From: Geosiphon pyriformis uo1
Taxonomy: Eukaryota > Fungi > Glomeromycota
Direction: 5' to 3'
Assembly: GCA_016748015.1 (NCBI GenBank)
Contig: JAAOMT010000039.1
Span: 87,904 to 141,665, forward strand
Length of the DNA stretch: 53,762 nucleotides
In this document: piece by piece, positions 1-11,881 of the stretch
How positions within the stretch are numbered: the stretch's first letter is position 1
Layout of the letters: every line of letters starts with the position of its first letter
Program-made: the position numbers and the translations under genes
Notes under the pieces: generated by a model
What the model was told of the DNA's origin: nothing
Seen by the model: the letters and a program-made list of their open reading frames with translations, nothing else
Database searches by the model: none

Positions 1-390
1 TTATCTTTCATCTTTGAGTACATATTATTAGTTAATATGAAAGAATTTGTCAATGGTGTTTGCCTTGTTTATCTTGACTTCGCTTCTCAAACACTTGCAT
101 TTCTTTTTAACTTATACTTGAGTTTAAATTTAAAATATTATGCCCTCTAAATCATTGATATAATAAAGATAAATTATTAAAAAATTAAATAAATAAATAT
201 CAATATTAATCAAAAAAAGGAGTGAAACAATATTTAATATCAAATATTTTTATGAATAAAGTAAACAAGAGGAAATCTTTTTAATTTTTTGTTTGATTTC
301 ATTTTCTATTTTTACATTTATTTATATACTAACTATTTAGTTTTATCAAAAGTAAATAAAACATAAAGCTTTATAAAAGGAAGTTAAGCA
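1..390. repeat. Inverted non-coding repeat, copy 1 (partner 9728..10117); probably extends left of the window
   Basis: 1..390 is the near-exact reverse complement of 9728..10117 (e.g. TTATCTTTCATCTTTGAGTACAT at 1 vs ATGTACTCAAAGATGAAAGATAA ending 10117), with only a few substitutions. Confidence 0.92.
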
Positions 391-2360
391 CTGGGCAAAA
401 AGCCTAAAAGTGATATTCAAACCGTCTATAATAATTAATACTAGTTCATCATTAATAGTTTATCATTCTGAATAGAATGAATTTAAAATTTATTTAAACG
501 ATTGAGATCATAGAAAATAGCTGAATAGATCATTATAGCCATTCATTAAAGCAGTAAAAAAATGATAAAGATTTTTATTTCTTTGAAATTGTGTGATGAA
601 TTGAGCTAAACAAAGGGGGGTAATACTAGAAATCGAACACTATAAATATAATATGTTAATGAACATATGAAAATAAAGAATCCTTAAATTTTACGTGCCT
701 TATCATGGATTGTTACCTTGTACATGTATAACCATTTTAATACAATTTGTGTCATTATACCATGCAATTTGGTTGTCAATTCAGGCTCAATTATAGTATT
801 AAATAAAATTTGACCGAGAAACCGAATAATTTATTATATATGAAAATTTTAAATAATAACTTTAAAATGGAATAAATTTACCTTAAAAAGAAGATATGCA
901 TTTTTAAGAAATATCAACTTAAAAAAAAATGATTGATTCTTAAACAACAATTTCTTTCAATAGTTTATTGTTCAAATGAAATAAACATGATATCTTTTTT
1001 AAGTGGTCTATCAGTAACAAGATATTTTTGAATCACAAAAGCCCTTAGGTTTCATAATAAAAATTATTAACTCATTGAAAGTTTTGCGACGCGACTTTTG
1101 TGTTCCAAATTAATTATTTCATTTTGAAAACTCTGAATGGTCGGATAAACTTTTGAAACGTTCAATTTCAACGAGATCGCTTTGGTTTTCCTATCATATA
1201 CCTTTTTGAGTAATTTCTCTAATTTTTACCCCATTTGCTAATTTAGAATACTGAATTAATTTTTAGTAATTATAAAATAAAATATTAATTATTATATGCA
1301 CAAAGATTTTTGAGAACTACAACTTTCTAAATTGATTTAAAATTATGAATTTGATTTATTCATAAAATTAGCAAAGTACCGTTTTTGCTTGTTTGAATGC
1401 TTTATTATAAAATAAGCTCATCATTATTGAGTATATTTTTGATCTAAAATTTTTAAACTGAAAAACACATTTATTTCATATATAAACCTGAAATAAATCT
1501 AAGTTTAATCTTTAAAATTGACATATATTTTCAAGTTTCTTGTAATATCTAATAATTCATTGAAATTTAAAAAGTAAAGAATTTAATGGATTCTTCTAAA
1601 ATAATTGTTCAATAAACTTATTATACTCTGGTTATTAAAAACAATTGTAAAGATTAAAATCAAAAATATTAGCGATCATTTCTTCCTAGTCCATGTACAT
1701 GCAAAAGAAAAACCTTTTTTTATTGCAAAGATTTTAATAAAATATTTAATAAATTTTATTTAAAGAACTTTTTAGCAGAATCACCTATTAAGCTTTTTAA
1801 TCACGGTTCTCGATTGACTTATTAAAAATAATTATACAGCTATATAAAATATATAGTCAAGATAGCTTGATTCTATTTTTGAGTTTTCTTTTTGTAATTT
1901 ATTCAGATTCACTCTTTTCCACCGCCATTTCCCAGTGACTACTAAATATCGTCGCCACTCATTTGTCTTCAATCTAAAATTACGAGTGTGTAAAACTGGT
2001 TTTTCCAAGGCCATTTAGCTAATTGCATAACAATAAAAAAAAATATTTAAGCGTTTTATGCTTTTAGCTTGTAATAAAATACCTAAATACCTGACTTTTG
2101 AAAGGTGAAGTCTATAAGAAAGAGTTTTAAAGAGCAATGGTCATAACTTCTAAGCTTTTTTTTAAAAAAAAGACTTCATAAAGTCATACCTATTCAGGAT
2201 ACGAAATAATATTCAATATATAATTCAGAGTCTTTATTGTAGAGATTGGAGCAATAGGCTATTCAGACTCTCTTGTTATAAATTTCCAAAATAGGGAGCC
2301 CTATTTGATATAAACTTTAGAAAATATAAAGATTCAATTGACTGATAATATAAACTAAGT

Positions 2361-3854
2361 TTAAAGTCTTCTGATTTGAAAAACTTCATACTCTTCGACT
2401 AAGAAGTCTACTTTTCCATTTCCTGAATTAGGCATTATCGCGTGCTCATATGATGATTCCTCTCGACAAGAACATCCAGGGTTATTTTGAAAATCATCAC
2501 TTCTCATTACAATACTATGCTCACCAAAATGAGGTCCACGCATTGGGCTATTAAAAGGTCCCTTTTCGTTAACAGATTTGCTAAGTTTAGCATTTTCAGC
2601 TTTGCCATCTCCAAGAGAAAATATAAAACTTCCTGTTCCATCTAAACATTTTATGCAAGAAGACCAAGATTGTGGGTTATACCCGCCGATCAGTTGACCA
2701 GTTTCTTTCACTTTGATAACACTAACTGTTGCTCCTTTATCATCACATAATCGATGAAAATCGGCTGGGGTAAATCCGTCTCGACTGCCTCGAAGTAACA
2801 AATCAAAGTTATTTCCAAGTTGGCTTTCAAAAGGAGTATTTTTATCTTTGCCCTGGATCCAGTGGTCAAGCTGCCTCACATTATGCAACTGAAGAAGCTT
2901 TGAACCAGTTGATCGGAATGGCCGAGCCTCAACAGACTTTTCATGACTCCCCGGTACTAGATAATGATGTAAAAGATCTTCATATAAAGTTCCGGGTAAA
3001 ATTCTCGCAAATGGTTTTACTTTGTGATAGAAGTCAACAGAAGATATGTGAAAGAACCGGATTAAAGGTAGAAGCTCCTCAATGGATTCCTTAAAGGCGT
3101 TAAAATTCTCATCTGTCCAGTTAAGAATCTCTTCTACCTTAATATTGTTACCCAATTTAGCAACTCCCCATTCCACAATCTTTTTCCATATTTCTATTTC
3201 TTCCATAATAAAGTCATCGTGGGACAAAATTGAGGAAAGAAAATTCTTACTTAAGGAGGTGAAATCTTGGGATCTGAAGATTATAGCTGGACTTTTAGCT
3301 GCTATTTGTGTGCAGAATTCTTGCAGCTTTTTGAACGAATCATGCATAAATGATATTTCATACAAAGAGGCAAAGTTTTCCTCTAGCTCTTTGGCATGAT
3401 TTTCAATTAGATAGCTTTCCAGGTGGTCAATAAGATTTTTCAAAGTGAGCTCGCCAGCAGCAACAAGCAATTCCAGGATTGTAAGTATTCCATGTTCTTC
3501 AAGAGAAATTTCGCCATTATAAATGTATCTATACAGAAAAGTAAAACAGGTGAATCAATTATATTAAATACTTTTAAAGGAAGCTAAATACACTTGCCTA
3601 AGAATCACCACAAAAATTCTGGGTGATATATTAGGTTTAGTTATGACAATGGTGTTATTATCTTTTTTAACCAAACCATTAGAGAATGCAGCAGCAAAAT
3701 ATTGTGATCTTGCTGCTAAAATTTGTGAATGAGCATGAAAGGTTTCAGCATTAGGCGTCTTGCCGATAATAATTCTAACATCAGACAAATTCTGACTATT
3801 GAATAAGCACCCAAAATCCTGAGATAAAGCTTGAAAGAGCTGTTGGGGTGCCAT
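2361..3854 (-). CDS. BTB/POZ-BACK-TLDc protein, copy 1 (474 aa); exons 3854-3598 and 3528-2361; GC-AG intron
   Basis: BTB motifs SDVRIIIG...FHAHSQILAARSQYF...KPNISP; splicing gives ILR/YIYNGEI. BACK motif EEIEIWKKIVEWG...LIRFF. TLDc motifs LLLRGSRDGF...FHRLCD...GGYNP...FIFS...GPHFG...VEEYEVF. Confidence 0.92.
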
Positions 3855-4229
3855 TTGTAAAATATACGAGCTTTCAAAGGATTGATAATTGTATATATTT
3901 AGATTAAGATATTTTTTGAGAATAAAATTACAGAGTTTTAGTATATATTTGTTTCAATATTTGATTTATTCAATAAACTACCATAAATTAATCATAAGTA
4001 TATATATGTATTATTTATTATTTATAAAAAGAATTTTTAGCTATTGTCAGAAACATTTAGGTTTCGTACGACAACAATAACTAAAATCTGTGAATTGGAT
4101 TTCATCATCATTAGGCGATTGATATACTAGTGTGATTCGTCAGTAGACAAAAGTTTATTAAACAAGTTAAAATTGTATTTTTATAATTTAAAAACCCCGT
4201 AATCTACACCTTTCATTCCAACTCTAATT

Positions 4230-4679
4230 ATGACCACTTCAAATAGCAAATTCGAATTTAAGGAAGTTCAAGGTGACCTTTTTGTTGACCCACTACTAAA
4301 TGATTCACTTGCGCATTGTGTTTCAGCTGATCTCGAAATGGGCAAAGGGATTGCCGCTACTTTCAAAGAAAAATTTCAAGGGATTCCCGAACTAAAATCT
4401 CAGGGCAAAAAGGTTGGGGAAGTGGCATATCTTAAACAAGATGGCCGATATATATTTTATATTATAACCAAAGAAAGGTATTACCATAAACCCACACGAG
4501 AAAATTTTGAGATAGCGTTAACGGACTTGAGACGCTTATGCGAAAAACTTGGGGTGAAAAGGTTAAGTATTCCTAGAATAGGGGCTGGTTTGGATAAGTT
4601 GCCCTTGGAATTTGTTCATGAAGTTATAGCAAAAGTATTTGAGGGGTGTGATTTGAAAATGACTATGTATTATTTGTGA
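4230..4679 (+). CDS. OARD1: Macrodomain ADP-ribose glycohydrolase, TARG1/OARD1 (Poa1p-like) family, 149 aa, intronless
   Basis: Motifs GDLF...SLAHCVSADLEMGKGIA, YIFYIITKERYYHKPT and LSIPRIGAGLDKL match TARG1, including the catalytic Lys (ITK) and Asp (GLD). Confidence 0.9.
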   Translation: MTTSNSKFEFKEVQGDLFVDPLLNDSLAHCVSADLEMGKGIAATFKEKFQGIPELKSQGKKVGEVAYLKQDGRYIFYIITKERYYHKPTRENFEIALTDLRRLCEKLGVKRLSIPRIGAGLDKLPLEFVHEVIAKVFEGCDLKMTMYYL

Positions 4680-5076
4680 ACAAACTTGAATCTAGTATGG
4701 TCAGAATATTGAATGGGAAAATTCAAAAACCATCTATATATTAATCGGAAGGAGTATTTTCATTCTGAATAATATAATAGAAATGCCTTGGATATAATAT
4801 CATGATCAAGGTCAAACAAGACGAAATTATTTTTAAAAATGAAACAATGTTTTTGTTTGTTAAAATATTCTAACCGTTTATTATCGAAAGGAAGTTTAAA
4901 GGACTTGAAAAAAATAAAATAATGTGGTCAAAAATTGTTTATAATCACCATATCTTTTTCGCTATTAAAATATACAATAAGCTCTCTAATTCAATTGGAT
5001 CAATATTTTTTGTTAGATTTTGTATGCTCAACATACTTTTGGCAAAAATTTGTCAATTCTATAAACCCCTAAAACC

Positions 5077-5367
5077 TCATGCCCATCCAGCACATTTTCG
5101 AGCAATATTAGACCCAAAGACTGTCACAGTTTCCCAAAATAGTATTAATTGAAAAATTGGTTTTTTTGCATTCCATTGAAACGTAGGATCCACAACTGTT
5201 CGCTTTCCAGGAAACGAAAATTTTTTTGGATTAACATTTTGATCTGTTAAACTTTCATTTGGAATCAGAAATTCAGACGGTATTCCAGGACGAGTTCGCA
5301 TACGGGCTCGGTTCCTTAGTCTGATTGCCAAAGCCATTGCTTTGATATCGGTGTGGAATTTTGTCAT
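5077..5367 (-). CDS. Hypothetical small protein (96 aa)
   Basis: ATG-initiated ORF with higher GC than its flanks; no recognisable domain. Confidence 0.35.
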   Translation of the reverse strand: MTKFHTDIKAMALAIRLRNRARMRTRPGIPSEFLIPNESLTDQNVNPKKFSFPGKRTVVDPTFQWNAKKPIFQLILFWETVTVFGSNIARKCAGWA

Positions 5368-8300
5368 TTTTTTGCTAAAGTTTAGGATGTCGTTATTAAT
5401 TTAACAGTTTCGTTTATTCTATCGACTGTTGTGAAGATTCTGAAAAGATGAAAGAACGGCAGCGGCGGCGACGGCTGGGGATTGATAAAAGAGTGTTTAA
5501 AAATTTTGAAATCTAAATCCGAAATAAAGATTAGGATATCTTGAGTTAATAATGGATTTGTTAGAAAAAAAAAAGAGCCGCTTAAAATTATGCAAAACAA
5601 TCAATGAATTTATAATAAAATCCCCCATAATTGTTAGCTGCTTTTAAGCAATGTATCACGTATGGTTAGGCTTTTGTCCATTACTAATAAAAAAAATTGG
5701 ATCAGAAAAACAATCACAGCCAATCATGAATAGTTAATGTTTGTCAGCAGTGAGTGTGTTACCGTTCGCATTTTGTACGTTAAAAGCGAGTTTAGTGCCT
5801 AAGGTGATGTGCCACCACAGAAAACCCGCCCAAACTCTTAATTACCAAGTTCAGCAAATTACTCTTGAGATACAATTGTTGTAAGACAATGCAAACAACC
5901 AATAAGAGTTGGATTATCGTACAATTTGAGGAAATCTTTAACGTGAAATGCAAAAATCGATCTAGAAGGTGATTAAGAAATGATACCAAATAAATACTTC
6001 AACAAGAATTATCAACTTGCGCAACATTAGGTTTAAATGCATCGTTTGAACCCTGAATTATATGATAAAATTTTTAGATTTATTTATTTTCATTTTCATT
6101 TTCAAACCTGATTTTAAAACACATACGAAATTATCGTCGAAATCTTTATGATCTAATGATTTGAGGTTTTACTTTTAAAAATCTTTTTCTGTAACACAGA
6201 ACTTTTCTCTGTTATTCACATGCTATTTTTAAAGAAACTAAGAATCAAAGGCATGGTCCAGTTAAAAAATTAACAATGACGTTATGAAAAGTCTTTTGTG
6301 GAATTCTTCGATAGACATCTTATGATTTTAGAAAATCAAACTCTACTCTGTCATCAAAACGATTTAAACAATTTATTATGCTTATCAAAATTGATTTTAC
6401 AGATCATTAAAATTCCCACAATGCTTGATGATGTTGAGGGACAATTTTTGTTAAGTTAAACACTATTGTAGATAGAGATAGAAATCTAGATTCCATATTT
6501 TTTTTGTGTCAATATTTCCTTTATTTTTAGCATTACCAAAAATAGAAAATGATGCTTTATATTGTTTGGAAGTTTAATGGCTCCCAAGAAATCATGAACA
6601 CTCTTTGTTTTTGTCGATTCGATTATCAATTTAAAGTAAACCAAGTTTTTTGCTTTAAAAATATTTTAAAATACATAAAAATAGAATAGATCGAAATTCT
6701 AAAATATCTGTTCATTTAGAAATTGCACAAGAATGTTTTATAAAATATTTATATCATTCATTCAAATTTTTGATCAATAAGAAAATTTATTTGAGAATTT
6801 ATCTCAATTAATTTTTATTTAAAGTTTAACTTTACACACTAATTATTTGGTGTTAACAACAATTCATTATCATTAGTATAAAATTTTTAATTATCAGTAA
6901 TTTAATATATGAACATAGCTTTCTTTGTTGCTGCTATTATCTAATATAAAAAAGTGATTTTTTAATAATTTTATAAAAGAATTTATCACAAATTTTTATC
7001 CTTCTTTCTAATTTAATAGTGTAACAGAGAGTAATTTTTGTAAAACTATCAAGTTAAAATTTTGTCCCCCGCTTTTTTGCTTATCAAAATGTCGATCATG
7101 TTATGAATTTTTTACCTGTTTCACAAAAATTGTTGTTTCAGGAACATGAGACAATGCCAGCATGATTTTATTTGTTGATTTCTCATTTAATTTATTACTT
7201 TTCCTTAATAAACTAATAAGATAATTTGTTTAGAGTATTCTCAGTTTGTTAATTGAAATATAGATAATTGCTTAGGAAATTTAAGAAATTCAAAAATGGT
7301 TAAAAACAAGATAAATGATTATTATATTAAATTATTATCTGTGTTGTAATAATATTTATGGTAAAAATTTTCTAATGATAATAAATTTAAAAATCAATTT
7401 TATATGTATAATTAACTTAACCAAATTTATTTATTTAAACATATATAATTTCATTTCTTATTTTTTTTGATAAATCTTTTCAAATTTTATTAAACAAAAA
7501 AATTATTTTAAATCCTTTTTAGGGGAATATGCAAAGTGATAAACACTTTTTAGTGCTTGATAACACAAGAATAGTTTGGGAAACAGAATATAAACCTAAT
7601 TAATTAGAACTCATTCAGTACTAATGAAAAATTCAAGCTTCAGTTATTTTAAATGAAACTTATGTAAATTCTTCATTTTTACAAACATCATCTAAATCTT
7701 TATCAGTTAACATCGTAATTATAATAGCAGGTATTATATTAACTAATATTTTAATGGTATTTGTAATTTAGTCAGTTTTATATACTTTATTAAGAAAGAT
7801 AAGACAACCTAATCATTAATTTAATAATTTATTTTTGCAAAAAAAGTTTAAACTTTATCTTGGTTTTATTGAAAATAGTATTTAACTCATGTATTTTAGG
7901 TTAAAATATATTATTTTATATAATGTCAAATCAATGATTCTTGCCTTAAGCCAAATAGTTCACTAGTTTAATCCTTATCTTTGCTATAATGATCAAGTCT
8001 CAGGGATATTAGATCATATCTTTAATTTTGAAATATAGTTAATATTTTAAACTAAATCACTCATCTGCTACTTGTTAAAGAATTTTTTTTGTACCTCTAA
8101 GGTTTAGACAAACTTATCGTTGTGTGCGAAAAGTTTTAGCCTAATTTCTTTTATCCTGAAAAAATACACTGAGAAGACTAAATTAATCATGTCATTAAAT
8201 TCCATGTAGTAAAACTCTTATCGAGAATAACAGTAAAAAAAATTGAATTGATTAATTGACACTATTTAATAAGAATTTATAATCAAAGTACTAAAAACTT

Positions 8301-8939
8301 AGCATTATTAGTAATATAATCAAATCAATTATTATATCATATAATATTAAATGTTTAAGAATGAAATTCTTTGATAATTTTTTAAATTATAGGCTAATAA
8401 AAATAGTGTTTATAATAAAAATAATGTTATTATTAAATATTATTAAAATAATCTGAGGTCTTTAAATATACATTTTTACCACTGATAATTTTTTTTATTT
8501 GGCCAATATTTAGTAAATCGGTTTAAAAAAAATTCTATTTTAATGAGAAAAATATAAATCTTATTAAATTATTATTTTGAACTAGAATTTTATTGATGAA
8601 AATAAGTTAGTTGTATTAAAAATACTGAAATCCTATCAAGATAATGGCTTTGCTTCAAACTTAAATTCATGAAAATTATTTTGATTTGTAAACATCAATT
8701 ATTTAAATAGTACACTGGAAAATAAAAGTTACCAGACTCTTTACATTTTTATCATTTTATATCACAAAAAATGATATACTTTCTTATTAATAATATTTAA
8801 CATCTACTTAGAAGTGAAAGATCTTAATAAAAAATAATTCCAAATGTCCAACTTCAGAAATTTAAGAAGAATTGGTCTTAAAACATCAAATAAAACAATC
8901 GAACTTTTTTATTTAGAATTGGTCTTCATTCTCAAGTGC

Positions 8940-9650
8940 TGCAAGAAAACCTTTATTACCTCAATATATCTAATTGAAACATCATACAAAAGAGCCAGAT
9001 GAAAACTTTGCCCCTTGGAATGAAACATTATTTATGCATGATTCGTTCAAAGACTACAAGAATTCTAGGCTCAAATAGTGACTGACAATCCAGCTTTAAT
9101 CTTAAATCCGAAGATTTTGTCTCCCTAAATAAAAGTTCTCTTTCTTCGATTTTATCCCGGGATAACCTTATCATGGAAGAAAAATGTGGGTGAAAATGGG
9201 GAGTTGCTAGATTGGATAAAAATATTAAGGTCTTAACTGGTCAGATAGAAATTTTGACGCCTTGAAGGTTAGTGTTATCAAAGTGAAAGAAACTGGTCAA
9301 CTGATTGGCGGGTATAACCCACAATATTGGCCTTCTTGCAATAAATTTTTAGATGGTAAATGAAGGTTTATTTTTGTCCTTGGACATAGTAAAGTTGAAA
9401 ATGATAAATTTGGGATATTTGTTAGCGGAAAGGGACTTTGTGATGGATTAAATTGTGGACTCGAATTTGGCCAGGATAGTATTAGAATAGAAATGATTAA
9501 TTTTCAAAATAGGGCCTGGATACCATTATCGAAGAATGCAACCTATGAGCACCTTGAAATGCCTAGATCAGAGAATCAAAAAGTAAACTTCTTGTCAAGG
9601 AGTCAAAAGTTTTTCAAGTTAGAAGCACAAAACTTAGTTTATATAATTCA
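8940..9650 (+). pseudogene. Degraded BACK-TLDc pseudogene with internal deletion
   Basis: Recognisable blocks GAAAACTTTGCC, TTTATGCATGATTCGTTCAA and GTTAGTGTTATCAAAGTGAAAGAAACTGGTCAACTGATTGGCGGGTATAACCCACAA. Multiple frameshifts and stops. BACK is fused directly to mid-TLDc at ~9268. Confidence 0.88.
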
Positions 9651-9727
9651 TTCAATTAAGTTTTTATATTTTCTAAAGTTTATATCCGTATTTTGGCAAT
9701 TTATACACTTGTAAGCTTTTCACTAAA

Positions 9728-10117
9728 TGCTTAACTTCTATTTAAAAAGCTTTATGTTTTATTTACTTTTGATAAAACTAAATATTTAGTATATAAATAA
9801 ATGTAAAAATAGAAAATGAAATCAAACAAAAAATTAAAAAGATTTCCTCTTGTTTACTTTATTCATAAAAATATTTGATATTAAATATTGTTTCGCTCCT
9901 TTTTTTGATTAATATTGATATTTATTTATTTAATTTTTTAATAATTTATCTTTATTATATCAATGATTTAGAGGGCATAATATTTTAAATTTAAACTCAA
10001 ATATAAGTTAAAAAGAAATGTAAGTGTTTGAGAAGCGAAGTCAAGATAAACAAGGCAAACACCATTGACAAATTCTTTCATATTAACTAATAATATGTAC
10101 TCAAAGATGAAAGATAA
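9728..10117. repeat. Inverted non-coding repeat, copy 2 (partner 1..390)
   Basis: Reverse-complement match to the window start. Confidence 0.92.
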
Positions 10118-10565
10118 ACATCAAAATATCTTTATCATACAGAGTTACACAATATAATGTATTATTCTTAAAGTGCATAATTGCAATAGATATTTAACGA
10201 ATGAATCATAATTTCCTATTTAACTTTTTCTATTGAAAATATTAGATATAATAAAATATAACAAGCTTAATTATATTTAATCTCATTGACAATAAATTAG
10301 TTACCCAAAAACCCGCATAATCGAATCTCATCTTTAGTAATAATCATAGTAAAAATATTATTACTTTGAAACTTCTTTTTTATCCTAATTTCAATGATTA
10401 AACTTGAGTAATAGAAAGAAAAGAGATCTAAAGATAGTAGACCATTTTTAAAATAGAAAGGATTGATTAGGTTAAATCTTGACAATATATTTATAAAATG
10501 TTATTATTTATAAATTATAACTTCAAATGAAAAATAAGTGAAGTCAAATATATTCTAATTTAAAA

Positions 10566-11062
10566 ATTAATTCAAGTTTCAGAAAAAGTCGAATTATCCT
10601 AAAAATTTAAGAAAAGCTTGGAACCCTTACAAATCATATTTTCAATTTAAAAATTTCATTAAAAAAGATGCTTTTGATCTAGAACTAAAGTTCTAGCTTC
10701 TAAAAGCAAGTTTGTGCTTAAATTTTTACACTTATAAAAATTTATTTTTCAGTTTTTAGTTATCATCATGATTTTGAATATTTTAAATGTCGCCTGATTC
10801 AAAGTACGATTATTTAAAATTTAGAAATTTATTTTATAACCAGAAAAAATAAGTAGAAAATTTCAGTATATTTTTCATAGTATAAATTTTTTTGTTCAAT
10901 TGTATGTCCACTAAGAATTTGAAAATATTATATATTTTCATTTTAAAAATCAATATTTCCTAAAATTCTTTAGAAGCATGGAAATAAAATTTAAAATTTA
11001 TAAAAGCCTTCTTAAGTGCTCTTTAATTTCAAAAAAAGCCGGAGAAACTTAATAAAAAATGC
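10566..11062. repeat. ~490 bp direct repeat, copy 1 (partner 11882..12375, across the N gap)
   Basis: ATTAATTCAAGTTTCAGAAAAAGTCG... recurs at 11882 with only a few SNPs. Confidence 0.92.
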
Positions 11063-11064
11063 TA

Positions 11065-11861
11065 TATATTGTAATACCATTACCAATTTAAGCCATAATT
11101 TTTTTTATAATTACTTATAGTTATAATCTACAAATCAACATAAATCGCGTCCTTGTAAAACACAACAGTGGATTATACGCGTATATATAAAATATCAAAC
11201 ATTCTTGTCATGAAAAAATTTACCGCATCAAATGTGTCTTGGAAAAGAACTTTCTGAATACCAAAAAGGAGGGATTATTTCAGCAAAAAAATTAGGACAT
11301 ACAAACAGTGAGATTTCCACGACTATTGAATGTTCACGTTCTTCTGTAATACATGTATGAAGTCATACGAGCTAAAAAAACTTCCTAAAAAACGAACAGA
11401 CTGACCACAAATTCTTGACAAATGTGCACGTGAACAACTCAAATATTCAATAATGGAGAATAAAAAAACCCACCGCCAAACTCTTTCTCAAATACGATTG
11501 AATTTTATTAAAGATACCAACAAATCTATTTCTATACAAACTATTTGAAATGGATTAGCTTAAGAAGGACTTCACTCGTGCATTCCTCGTCTCAAGCCAT
11601 TAATTTCCAAATCAAATAAAGAAAAACGTTTACAATGGGCTCGTACTTATGAAAATTGGACAGTAGAAGATTTTAAACGAGTTGTTTGGTCAGATGAATC
11701 TACATATACACAATTAAGAACTACAGGATTTGGACGTGTATGGCGTAAACCTTCCAAAGAGTTTCATAAGGATTGTATTGCAGCCACAGTTAGAAAAAGC
11801 TTTGGTCGCATGTTTTGGGGATGTTTTTCATGGGTTGGTTTGGGTCTTTTAGTTCCTTTGG
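11065..11861 (+). mobile_element. Decayed Tc1/mariner DNA transposon, 5' part, truncated by the assembly gap
   Basis: Translation KPLISKSNKEKRLQWARTYENWTVEDFKRVVWSDESTY...VWRKP...MFWGCFSWVGLG includes the first catalytic D (WSDES). In-frame stops at 11402, 11546 and 11561. Begins after the TA at 11063-64. Confidence 0.9.
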
Positions 11862-11881
11862 NNNNNNNNNNNNNNNNNNNN
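11862..11881. other. Assembly gap (20 N)
   Basis: Run of n characters. Confidence 1.

Noticed and set aside
1832-2014. 60-aa ORF
   Set aside because: Short, no motifs, no supporting exon structure.
2900-3399. Repeated plus-strand ORFs (also 18251-18750 and 35599-36095)
   Set aside because: Antisense shadows of the BTB-TLDc exon 2; they recur only because the gene is duplicated.
5780-6060. Moderately GC-richer stretch, possible RNA gene or organelle insert
   Set aside because: No recognisable tRNA or rRNA motifs, or coherent ORF.
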